From: Candidatus Iainarchaeum sp.
GTDB lineage: Archaea > Iainarchaeota > Iainarchaeia > Iainarchaeales > DTGL01
Assembly: GCA_038736825.1 (NCBI GenBank)
Contig: JAVYME010000026.1
Location: forward strand, 1-16,841
Direction: 5' to 3'
Length of the DNA: 16,841 nt
The notes below the pieces were generated by a model. The model ran no database searches and was not told the DNA's origin. It saw only the letters and a program-made list of their open reading frames with translations. This document shows positions 7,285 through 13,902 of this stretch, piece after piece. Each line of letters opens with the position of its first letter. Position 1 is the stretch's first letter. Made by a program: the position numbers and the translations under genes.

Positions 7285-7494
7285 ATGAAAGCATTAATTG
7301 CAATTGCAGGATTGCTTTTGGTTTTCGCCTTTTTGGCAGGCTGTACCCAGCAAGGCAACGAGCCAACACCAACCCCAACGCCAGCCGGAACAGGAACCAC
7401 TTTGAGCGAAGCCGAGCAAGAACAAGCAATCAGCGAATTCAATTCAGGCCTTGTGGATCCAAGCAAAGAAATAGACCTTGGGGAAATGGCTTAA
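7285..7494 (+). CDS. Small lipoprotein-like secreted protein (lipobox LAGC) with a TP/GT linker
   Basis: I prefer ATG 7285 (MKALIAIAGLLLVFAFLAGC...) to the track start 7261, because AGGTGA-N4-ATG precedes it and it starts 4 nt after the upstream stop. Contains TPTPTPAGTGTT. Confidence 0.6.
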   Translation: MKALIAIAGLLLVFAFLAGCTQQGNEPTPTPTPAGTGTTLSEAEQEQAISEFNSGLVDPSKEIDLGEMA

Positions 7495-7519
7495 ACCCAT
7501 TTCTCTTTTTTTCTTTTTT

Positions 7520-8212
7520 TTATTCTCTTACTTCTGTTCTTTTAACATATTTTTCCAGCATTTTTGCCATTCCTTTAAGGACTTCCACTGGATACGGTTT
7601 TATTTCTTGAAATTTTTCATCCAGCAATGGCACGTCGTTCACAAACTGTTGCAGTGCAAAAAATTTTGCGCCTTGAACCATGATGCCTATTTTTTCAATG
7701 TCTTCAAGGCAAATTATTGGAGGCACAACTGTTGTGCGAAACTCGTAGTCAACCTTTCCCTCTTTTAAAATAGCTATGCTTTCTTTTACTGCCTCAATGT
7801 CTACGTGCACGTTTGCAACCGAATCATATTTTTCCAGTGGCGCTTTGATGTCCATTGCAATGTAATCCACTTTTTTTTCGCTTATGAGTTCGCGCAAAAG
7901 CGCTGGATTTGTTCCATTAGTGTCAATTTTTACCTTTAAGCCGAGTTCTTTAACTTGAGTTGCAAAAAACTTTAAGCCTCCGTGTACTGTTGGCTCGCCT
8001 CCAGTAATGCAAACGCCTTCAATGTATTTTTTCCTGTTTTTAAGGAATTCAAGGGCTTCTTTTTCGCTTATTTCCCTTTTCTCTTTTTCCAGCACTAACA
8101 GTGGGTTTTGGCAAAACCCGCACCTGAAATTGCATTTGTCAACGAAAAGGGTTGTGGCAATATGATGGGGGTAATCAATCAAGGTTGTTTTCTGGATTCC
8201 TCTAAAAATCAT
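7520..8212 (-). CDS. nrdG: Anaerobic ribonucleoside-triphosphate reductase activating protein (radical SAM)
   Basis: The radical-SAM CxxxCxxC cluster (CNFRCGFCQNP) lies near the N-terminus, with GGEP further on. 230 aa, located just downstream of nrdD. Confidence 0.9.
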   Translation of the reverse strand: MIFRGIQKTTLIDYPHHIATTLFVDKCNFRCGFCQNPLLVLEKEKREISEKEALEFLKNRKKYIEGVCITGGEPTVHGGLKFFATQVKELGLKVKIDTNGTNPALLRELISEKKVDYIAMDIKAPLEKYDSVANVHVDIEAVKESIAILKEGKVDYEFRTTVVPPIICLEDIEKIGIMVQGAKFFALQQFVNDVPLLDEKFQEIKPYPVEVLKGMAKMLEKYVKRTEVRE

Positions 8213-8307
8213 TCAAAACACCACAAGAAATAGGGGCAAAAGCTTTATTGCCTTGCTGTTTGGAGTTTTGAATGCTGTCAAGTGAATTAACCTTTTCCAG
8301 CAACATT

Positions 8308-8481
8308 TTATTTGGCTTTTGCTTTTATTTTACCGCACTCTTCTCTTTCAAGGCATTTTTTTTCTGAAAAGGTTTTGCGTTCTTCGAATTCTTGGGCTTT
8401 GCCTATATTCCATTGCTGGACTGGGCGATAGTAGCCGACAACCCTTGAATAAACTTCGGTTTGTTTTCCACATGTTGCCAT
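8308..8481 (-). CDS. Free-standing glycyl-radical domain peptide of class III RNR (NrdD C-terminal fragment), 57 aa
   Basis: MATCGKQTEVYSRVVGYYRPVQQWNIGKAQEFEERKTF... carries the RVxGY radical glycine loop and the NxGKxxE tail of NrdD. I chose ATG 8481 over the track TTG 8502 because GGTGAAAAA precedes it. Confidence 0.75.
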   Translation of the reverse strand: MATCGKQTEVYSRVVGYYRPVQQWNIGKAQEFEERKTFSEKKCLEREECGKIKAKAK

Positions 8482-8485
8482 TTTT

Positions 8486-8491
8486 TCACCT
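8486..8491 (-). promoter_or_regulatory. Shine-Dalgarno AGGTGA for the glycyl-radical peptide ORF
   Basis: The minus strand reads AGGTGA-AAAA-ATG. The 12-mer GGTGAAAAAATG is identical to the one at 7276..7287 (+), ahead of the lipoprotein ORF. Confidence 0.6.
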
Positions 8492-8534
8492 TTGGTTTTC
8501 AATACAGGCTTTTTTTCAAGTTTTTCTTTACGGG

Positions 8535-10538
8535 TTATTTTTTTACCTCCAAGGTTTTGTTCTCTTTGCTTTCACTCACTTCAACCGGGCAAGTGTAGTG
8601 TTTTCCCGGAATATAGCCATGCACTGGACAAATGCTAAATGTTGGCGTAATAGTGTAATATGGGAGCTTGAAATTGTAAGCAATTGTTTTCACCAGCTTT
8701 TTGCAGGCTTCTCCACTGCTCATTCTTTCACCCAAAAACCCATGCAAAACTGTTCCACCAGTATATTTGCATTGCAATTCATCTTGGTGTTCTAAAGCGT
8801 CAAAAATGTCATCAGTGAAATCCACTGGCAATTGAGTGGAATTCGTGTAATATGGTGCTTCTTTTGTGCCAGCCGTGATTATGTCCGGATAGTTGTCTTT
8901 GTCAATTCTTGCAAGCCTGTAAGAAGTGCCTTCTGCAGGCGTGGCTTCCAAGTTGTAAATGTTTGTTGTTTCTTCTTGGAAGTCTTTCAGCTTGCCTCTC
9001 ATGAAATCCAAAACCTTTAAGGCAAACTTTCTGCCTTCTTTTCCAGCAATGTTTTCCCCTAAAAAGTTCAAACAGCACTCATTCATTCCATTCAATCCAA
9101 TGGTTGAAAAGTGATAGTCAAAAGTGCCAAGATATCTTTTAGACCAAGGCAAAAGACCGTTTTTCATGTTTTTTTCAACTTCTTTTCTTTTTATTTCAAG
9201 AGCCTCTTTTGCCAAGTACATTAAATAGTCAAGCCTTTCAAAGAAATCGTTTTCATCTTTTGAAAGATATCCGAGCTGTGGCATGTTTATTGTGATAACC
9301 CCAATTGAACCGGTTTTTTCGCCAGAGCCAAACAATCCACCTGTTTTCTGCTTTAATTCCCTTACATCAAGCTGGAGCCTGCAACACATGCTTCTCACAT
9401 CATGCGGTTTAAGGCTTGAATTCACAAAGTTTTGGAAATAAGGAGTGCCATATTTTGCAGTCATTTCGAAAAGCAGGCTTGCATTCTCGCTATCCCATTC
9501 AAAATCTCTGGTAATATTGTAGGTTGGAATTGGAAATGTGAAAATTCTGCCATTCATGTCGCCTTTTGTCATTACTTCAATGAATGCCTTGTTAATTAAA
9601 TCCATTTCATCCTGGAAATCAGAGTAAGTTTCTGGGACTTCTATTCCACCCCAAACTGCCGGCGTGCCCTTCATGTCCTCTGGAACTGTCCAGTCAAGTG
9701 TGATATTTGTGAAAGGCACTTGGTTGCCCCACCTTGAAGTTGCATTTATTGCAAAAACAAATTCTTGAATGCTTTGCTTTATTCTTTCATAATTCAAGTT
9801 GTCTTTTGCTGCAAGCGGAGCAAGATAAGTGTCAAAAGAGGAAAACGCTTGAGCGCCAGCCCACTCGTTTTGCATTGTGCCCATAAAGTTCACAAGCTGG
9901 CCGAGTGCGGCATTGAAATGCTTTGCTGGCTTTGCAGCAATCCTTCCAGGCACTCCATTAAAGCCTTCCTCTAAAACCTGTCGCAATGACCATCCAGCAC
10001 AATATGCAGCAAAGGTTCCCACGCCAAGATCGTGAATGTGGAATGCAGCACTCTTGTGCATTTTTCCTATTTCAGGGGGATAAATGTATTTCAAAGTGTA
10101 TTCAGAAATTATTGTGTCAGAAATGTGTGCTTGAAGACCACTCAAAGAATAGGATGCATTGCTGTTCTCCTTGACACGCCAAGATTTTTCCAAAACATAC
10201 TCGTCTATTATGCTAGAAGTCTTTTCCAAGAATGCCTTTGTGTCCCTAATTCTGTTGCGTTCCGCCCTATACAATATAAAGGCTTTGGCTGTTTGAGCGT
10301 GACCGCTTTCAATTAGTTCTTTTTCAACTTCATCCTGTATTTGCTCTACAGTGGGGATTTTTGTGCCAAACTTCTTTTTCAGGCGGTAAACAACCCTGTC
10401 TGAAAGCTTTCTTGCAGTCTCTCTGTCCTTGCCGCCAACCGCTTTTGCTGCCTTAAAAATCGCTTCCTCTATTTTTTCTCGCTGGAATGGAACAATGCGG
10501 CCATCGCGCTTCTTTACCTTTTCCAAGAATCTCTTCAT
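8535..10538 (-). CDS. nrdD: Anaerobic ribonucleoside-triphosphate reductase large chain, lacking the glycyl-radical domain
   Basis: Has an ATP-cone (VKKRDGRIVPFQREKIEEAI...ILYRAERNRIR), the active-site SMCCRLQLD, and C-terminal FSICPVHGYIPGKHYTCP. It then diverges and stops. Start taken at MKRFLEK (ATG 10538, GGGGGG just upstream) rather than 10607. Confidence 0.9.
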   Translation of the reverse strand: MKRFLEKVKKRDGRIVPFQREKIEEAIFKAAKAVGGKDRETARKLSDRVVYRLKKKFGTKIPTVEQIQDEVEKELIESGHAQTAKAFILYRAERNRIRDTKAFLEKTSSIIDEYVLEKSWRVKENSNASYSLSGLQAHISDTIISEYTLKYIYPPEIGKMHKSAAFHIHDLGVGTFAAYCAGWSLRQVLEEGFNGVPGRIAAKPAKHFNAALGQLVNFMGTMQNEWAGAQAFSSFDTYLAPLAAKDNLNYERIKQSIQEFVFAINATSRWGNQVPFTNITLDWTVPEDMKGTPAVWGGIEVPETYSDFQDEMDLINKAFIEVMTKGDMNGRIFTFPIPTYNITRDFEWDSENASLLFEMTAKYGTPYFQNFVNSSLKPHDVRSMCCRLQLDVRELKQKTGGLFGSGEKTGSIGVITINMPQLGYLSKDENDFFERLDYLMYLAKEALEIKRKEVEKNMKNGLLPWSKRYLGTFDYHFSTIGLNGMNECCLNFLGENIAGKEGRKFALKVLDFMRGKLKDFQEETTNIYNLEATPAEGTSYRLARIDKDNYPDIITAGTKEAPYYTNSTQLPVDFTDDIFDALEHQDELQCKYTGGTVLHGFLGERMSSGEACKKLVKTIAYNFKLPYYTITPTFSICPVHGYIPGKHYTCPVEVSESKENKTLEVKK

Positions 10539-10622
10539 GCCCCCCACTCTCTGCAAAAAAGTCGTGCGTATTGAATAACTCAACCAACATTTAAAAAGTT
10601 TTTGCAAGAACTTGAAAAAAAA

Positions 10623-11192
10623 CTATAAAATTATGTAGAGCACGATGCCAGCGGTTATTGGAATTGAAAAATTGTCGTTTACTGGAAGCAATTCTGCCAG
10701 CATTGCGACAGCAGAAACAACGAAAACACTTTCCCAAGATGGCAAAAAAAGGGTTAGGGCAATGCTTGAAGCAATAAAGCCTGAAATTGTGCCCTCCCAA
10801 GTCCTATTGTTTGCAATCAAATGCTTTCCCCATTTTTTTCCGGCAATTGTCGCAATTCCGTCTCCAAAAACAAGTGGCACTAGGGCTGGAGCAATGATTT
10901 TTTCGCTTTGCAGTACAAATAATGCCAAAAACATCAAAAAAGCAGTGCCAGCAAAAAACAGTATGGCGCCTTTTCCTGGCATTGTTTTTTCGCAATCCCT
11001 TTGAAACAATTCCACTAAAAGCGAAAAAACCGGCAGTTCAAATCCTTGGGCTATAAGAAAGGAAAAAATCATTCCGGCAAAAAGAGCAATGCAGGTTATT
11101 GTGAAAGTGGTTTGCCCGCCAAACAGCACAACGCTTGCAATGAAAAGCGAGCCGAAAACCATGTGGATGATTTTCCTTCCTGTTTCATCCAT
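10623..11192 (-). CDS. Polyprenol/dolichol kinase-like membrane protein (CTP-dependent, COG0170/CdsA superfamily)
   Basis: RKIIHMVFG near the N-terminus, FGDGIATIAGKKWGKH...TWEGTISGF, and multiple TM segments. Start at MDETGRK (ATG 11192, preceded by AGTGAAAAA), 4 nt after the flpA stop. Confidence 0.65.
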   Translation of the reverse strand: MDETGRKIIHMVFGSLFIASVVLFGGQTTFTITCIALFAGMIFSFLIAQGFELPVFSLLVELFQRDCEKTMPGKGAILFFAGTAFLMFLALFVLQSEKIIAPALVPLVFGDGIATIAGKKWGKHLIANNRTWEGTISGFIASSIALTLFLPSWESVFVVSAVAMLAELLPVNDNFSIPITAGIVLYIIL

Positions 11193-11196
11193 TTTT

Positions 11197-11859
11197 TCAC
11201 TTTTTTTGCAATAAATAAAACATGTGGTCTTTTTCAAAGGGTTTAAGGTTTATTTCCTGCAATACCTTGAATTTTTCCTCCAAAACCTCTTTTTGCTCTG
11301 AAAACACTTTTGTGCAAGGCTGTGTGCTTGAAATGCTTTGCGATTTAATTGCAATCATGCCAAAATCGCCTTTTGAAAGGAACAATTCTGCATTTCTGTT
11401 GAAAATTTCAGCCTGGTTTTTTTGCGCCACATCCTGGTAAAGCAGGTCTATTTTGCAGCCTTTAAGGTGTTCAGCGTATTCCTCTGGCCTTGCAGCGTCA
11501 GCAAGTATGGGCAAAATGTTTTGCCTGTCCTCGCAAACCCGCAAAAGCCTTGTCATGGTTTTTTCGCTTATATCCACTCCAAAAATCGCTCCTTTCAGGC
11601 CAATTATGTCGCTTATGTGCGAGGCAGTTGTGCCTTCAGCTATTCCCAAGTATAAGATGTTTGAGCCTTCCTTTAAAGGCATAATTGAAAGACCGTTTTT
11701 TATTGCAGCGCAAAGCTTTGAACGATAGGGAATCCATTCCCTGTATTCAATGCCTTTCACTTCAACCAGTTTTTCACCGTAAACCTTTTTTCCAATTGAA
11801 AGGTTTTTGGTGAAAATCCTGCCTTTTTCGCTAAAAATTCCGAAGAAAAGCTCTTTCAT
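11197..11859 (-). CDS. flpA: Fibrillarin, box C/D sRNP 2'-O-methyltransferase
   Basis: 220 aa. YREWIPYRSKLCAAI...ILYLGIAEGTTASHISDI...VFGVDIS...DVAQ is the fibrillarin fold with its SAM-binding motif. Confidence 0.9.
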   Translation of the reverse strand: MKELFFGIFSEKGRIFTKNLSIGKKVYGEKLVEVKGIEYREWIPYRSKLCAAIKNGLSIMPLKEGSNILYLGIAEGTTASHISDIIGLKGAIFGVDISEKTMTRLLRVCEDRQNILPILADAARPEEYAEHLKGCKIDLLYQDVAQKNQAEIFNRNAELFLSKGDFGMIAIKSQSISSTQPCTKVFSEQKEVLEEKFKVLQEINLKPFEKDHMFYLLQKK

Positions 11860-11875
11860 GGCAAAAATAAAGGTT

Positions 11876-11910
11876 AAAAGAAATTAAAAATGGGAGCAAT
11901 TAAAGCCCCC
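11876..11910 (-). terminator. Hairpin plus T-tract after the metzincin gene
   Basis: The minus-strand RNA GGGGGC-UUUAAUU-GCUCCC forms 6 bp including one G-U. The same position is an A-C mismatch in plus sense, so the structure is strand-specific. It is followed by AUUUUUAAUUUCUUUU. Confidence 0.5.
11881..11890 (-). promoter_or_regulatory. TATA-like box about 26 nt upstream of the flpA ATG
   Basis: The minus strand reads TTTTTAATTT, followed by 21 nt and then ATG 11859. Confidence 0.4.
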
Positions 11911-11931
11911 GCAAATTTTTTTTTCAGTCTT

Positions 11932-12651
11932 TTATGTTGCACCATAAAGGGTTGTTATTCCCTTGATGTCGCCTGCGTCTAGAGTTCTTTTTTCGGTTTC
12001 GCCTTCTGTGGAATAGCCATACATTGTCTGAGAATAACAGGAAGTGCTGTAAAGGTCAGCCAAACCCAAGCCGTGCCCGATTTCATGAGTGGCAATGTTT
12101 TGCAAATCCATTACTGTTTTGTTTGTTGTTGCATCTCCCCACTCAAAATCAGTGTCAAACAACACGTCAAATTCGACTATTTGCTTTTTGTTGCCTGAAA
12201 AATAACCCCAAATGTTTGTCACTGCAATGACACCGTTTTGCGGATAATTGCCAAAAGAAAATTCGTTCCTGTTGTCGGGCACCTTGTCATCCCAGTTAGC
12301 GCTTACATCAATAGAGTATGAGCCAAACAGTGTTGTGGCTGTCCACTTATCCCATTCCAAGGCAGCATTCCATACTGCTTGTGAAACAAACTCTTCACTT
12401 AAACCGTAATTGTTTACTGGATTTATCAATAAGTTTATGGGCAGCGTTTTCCATTTTAAGTCTTTGCCCAAATATTTTGTGCAAGAACTCGGCGTGGCTT
12501 TTGCAGAAGGCGGTTGCGATTTTTCAAAGCCTTTTTTGTAATGTATTATTGTAATTTTTTCCACTGGTTCTTTTTCTTGTGGCAAAGCAAAAGCCATTGG
12601 TGCAAGCAAGAGCAAGCCAATAAAAACAGGCAAAAATATCCTTTTGTTCAT
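11932..12651 (-). CDS. Secreted metzincin metalloprotease, matrixin(M10)-like with Asp as third zinc ligand
   Basis: Signal peptide MNKRIFLPVFIGLLLLAPMAFA. HEIGHGLGLAD (HExxHxxGxxD), Met-turn SQTMYGY and C-terminal LDAGDIKGITTLYG. Strong AGGAGGG lies ahead of the ATG. Confidence 0.8.
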   Translation of the reverse strand: MNKRIFLPVFIGLLLLAPMAFALPQEKEPVEKITIIHYKKGFEKSQPPSAKATPSSCTKYLGKDLKWKTLPINLLINPVNNYGLSEEFVSQAVWNAALEWDKWTATTLFGSYSIDVSANWDDKVPDNRNEFSFGNYPQNGVIAVTNIWGYFSGNKKQIVEFDVLFDTDFEWGDATTNKTVMDLQNIATHEIGHGLGLADLYSTSCYSQTMYGYSTEGETEKRTLDAGDIKGITTLYGAT

Positions 12652-12826
12652 TCAAGCCCTCCTTTTTTTACAAAACCAGATGCCTAAAAATGGTTTTTAA
12701 TATATGGTTGAAAGGCTTTAGTGTGATAAAAATCAAAAAAAACTGTTTTTTTTGCCAAAAAGAATGTTTTTAAATCATTTTAATGGAAATATTTACTATT
12801 GTTTTTTTTGTGGAGGGTGGTGGGAA

Positions 12827-13021
12827 ATGCCGTTGTTGCCAAAATATGGTTCTTCAGAGGCTAAAAGGGTTAAAGTTCAAACAGAAGAAAACGAAAAAGA
12901 CGATAGCCCGCTCAGAACTCTTGCTGAAAGGGGTTTGGCAAAAAGTTCAAGTTCTGAGCCAAAAAAACAGGAAACCCCAAAAAAAGGCTTTTTTGCAAGG
13001 TTTTTTGGAAAAAAAGAATGA
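12827..13021 (+). CDS. Small hydrophilic hypothetical protein with a C-terminal amphipathic basic helix
   Basis: GGAGGGTGGTGGGAA-ATG context. 64 aa, predicted disordered, ending KKGFFARFFGKKE. No homology recognisable, so coding status is uncertain. Confidence 0.35.
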   Translation: MPLLPKYGSSEAKRVKVQTEENEKDDSPLRTLAERGLAKSSSSEPKKQETPKKGFFARFFGKKE

Positions 13022-13028
13022 ATTTGTT

Positions 13029-13045
13029 GGCAGCTGAATGCTGCC
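13029..13045. terminator. Perfect hairpin GGCAGC-TGAAT-GCTGCC between convergent genes, with T-tracts on both strands
   Basis: Read directly. On the plus strand it is followed by CCTTATTTTTCTATTTT. On the minus strand a T7 run follows about 14 nt downstream. Confidence 0.5.
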
Positions 13046-13055
13046 CCTTATTTTT

Positions 13056-13883
13056 CTATTTTAGTTCTTGAGCCCGCTTTTCCAGTGCTTCCAGCATTTT
13101 ATCTCCAGTGTCTTTCCTTCCAAAATAGTCCTCTTTTGCTGCAAGAGACAATTTGTTTGCAAGCGCTCTTGCAATTTTGCCCCTGTTTTTGCGCTTAACA
13201 GAACGCATTAAGGGGTGTTGAAAAATAAAACCGTGTTTTGGAGGCTTGCTTCCAGTCTTTAAGTGCTGGAATAAAGCCTTTTCAGCACCCATAACCTGTA
13301 TTGTTGAAGACGGCATCATTGCAAGCCTTTTAAGCGAGCCAGCTGCATTCAAAAGCCTTGCCCCCAAAAGCGGTCCAGCGATTTTTGAAAAATTCGGCAT
13401 TTGAGTGTTCATTTCAGATTCAATATAGGACGCCAAAGCATTTCTTTGCTTTTTCAAGCCAATCGCTTTATCAGCAAGCTTTTGGATTCGCAAGCAATCC
13501 TTTTCTTCCAGTGGAGAACCGACGCTTTTCTGTGCAGCCTCTGCAATTTTTTTTGCCATTTCCTTGTTTTGGTAAACTGTCAAAATGTTTTGCTCTGAAA
13601 ACTTGCTGCGCTCGCAAAGTTCAGCCACTAGTGCAAGAAATGTTTCATTGCCCTTAACTATTTTTTCAAGTTCCGGAAAGTGAACGGAATACCATTCCCT
13701 TACATCCTCAAACAAAAGATTGAAAACAAAATCAATGTCTTCAAGCACATTGATTGCGCGGATAATGTGCACATCCCTGCCAGTGTAATGCTCTAAAACC
13801 TGCCTTTTGGTTTTTTTTATTAGCTCCTTCCTCAAAGCATCAATTTTCTGCATAACAACCTTTAAAATTTGGCTACAATTCAT
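13056..13883 (-). CDS. nop5: Nop5 (Nop56/58)-type Nop-domain protein lacking the N-terminal fibrillarin-binding domain
   Basis: DVREWYSVHFPELEKIV, AGSLKRLAMMPSSTIQVMGAEKALF, KHGFIFQHPL and KIARALANKLSLAAKEDYF are the NOSIC/Nop domain signatures. Only about 61 residues precede REWY. Confidence 0.85.
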   Translation of the reverse strand: MNCSQILKVVMQKIDALRKELIKKTKRQVLEHYTGRDVHIIRAINVLEDIDFVFNLLFEDVREWYSVHFPELEKIVKGNETFLALVAELCERSKFSEQNILTVYQNKEMAKKIAEAAQKSVGSPLEEKDCLRIQKLADKAIGLKKQRNALASYIESEMNTQMPNFSKIAGPLLGARLLNAAGSLKRLAMMPSSTIQVMGAEKALFQHLKTGSKPPKHGFIFQHPLMRSVKRKNRGKIARALANKLSLAAKEDYFGRKDTGDKMLEALEKRAQELK

Positions 13884-13902
13884 TAAAAAAGGTTTCCAGG
13901 AG

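Noticed and set aside
6452-7466. Long antisense ORFs (6452..7024 and 6954..7466, minus strand) opposite the coiled-coil and lipoprotein genes.
   Set aside because: These are shadow ORFs of a low-complexity, purine-rich coding strand. Their products are Ser/Phe/Leu-rich, with no motifs and no start context. The plus-strand genes have signal peptides and SD sites.
8469-8596. Possible bulge-helix-bulge (archaeal endonuclease-type) intron accounting for the nrdD interruption. UUGCC (8592..8588) can pair with GGCAA (8479..8475), and CAC with GUG across a 3-nt CAU bulge.
   Set aside because: The outer helix is only 3 bp and the central helix is 5 bp instead of 4. No convincing helix forms on the intron side. 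Symmetric cleavage would remove 113 nt and give C-P-C-G rather than the canonical CPxCG. The downstream piece also has its own strong SD-ATG. I keep this only as an alternative to be tested by cDNA.
10553-10606. 8-bp inverted repeat TGCAAAAA...TTTTTGCA in the nrdD leader, considered as a regulatory hairpin or NrdR-like box.
   Set aside because: The arms are A/T-rich, only 8 bp long and 38 nt apart. This is expected by chance in such DNA. NrdR boxes are a bacterial feature and the sequence does not resemble them.
8535-10607. Intein or group I intron inside nrdD (both are known in nrdD genes of other organisms).
   Set aside because: The 667-aa chain has a normal length and is continuous from the ATP-cone to the zinc-knuckle region, with no extra domain. 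The gap before the radical peptide (about 110 nt) is too short for a group I intron or an intein.
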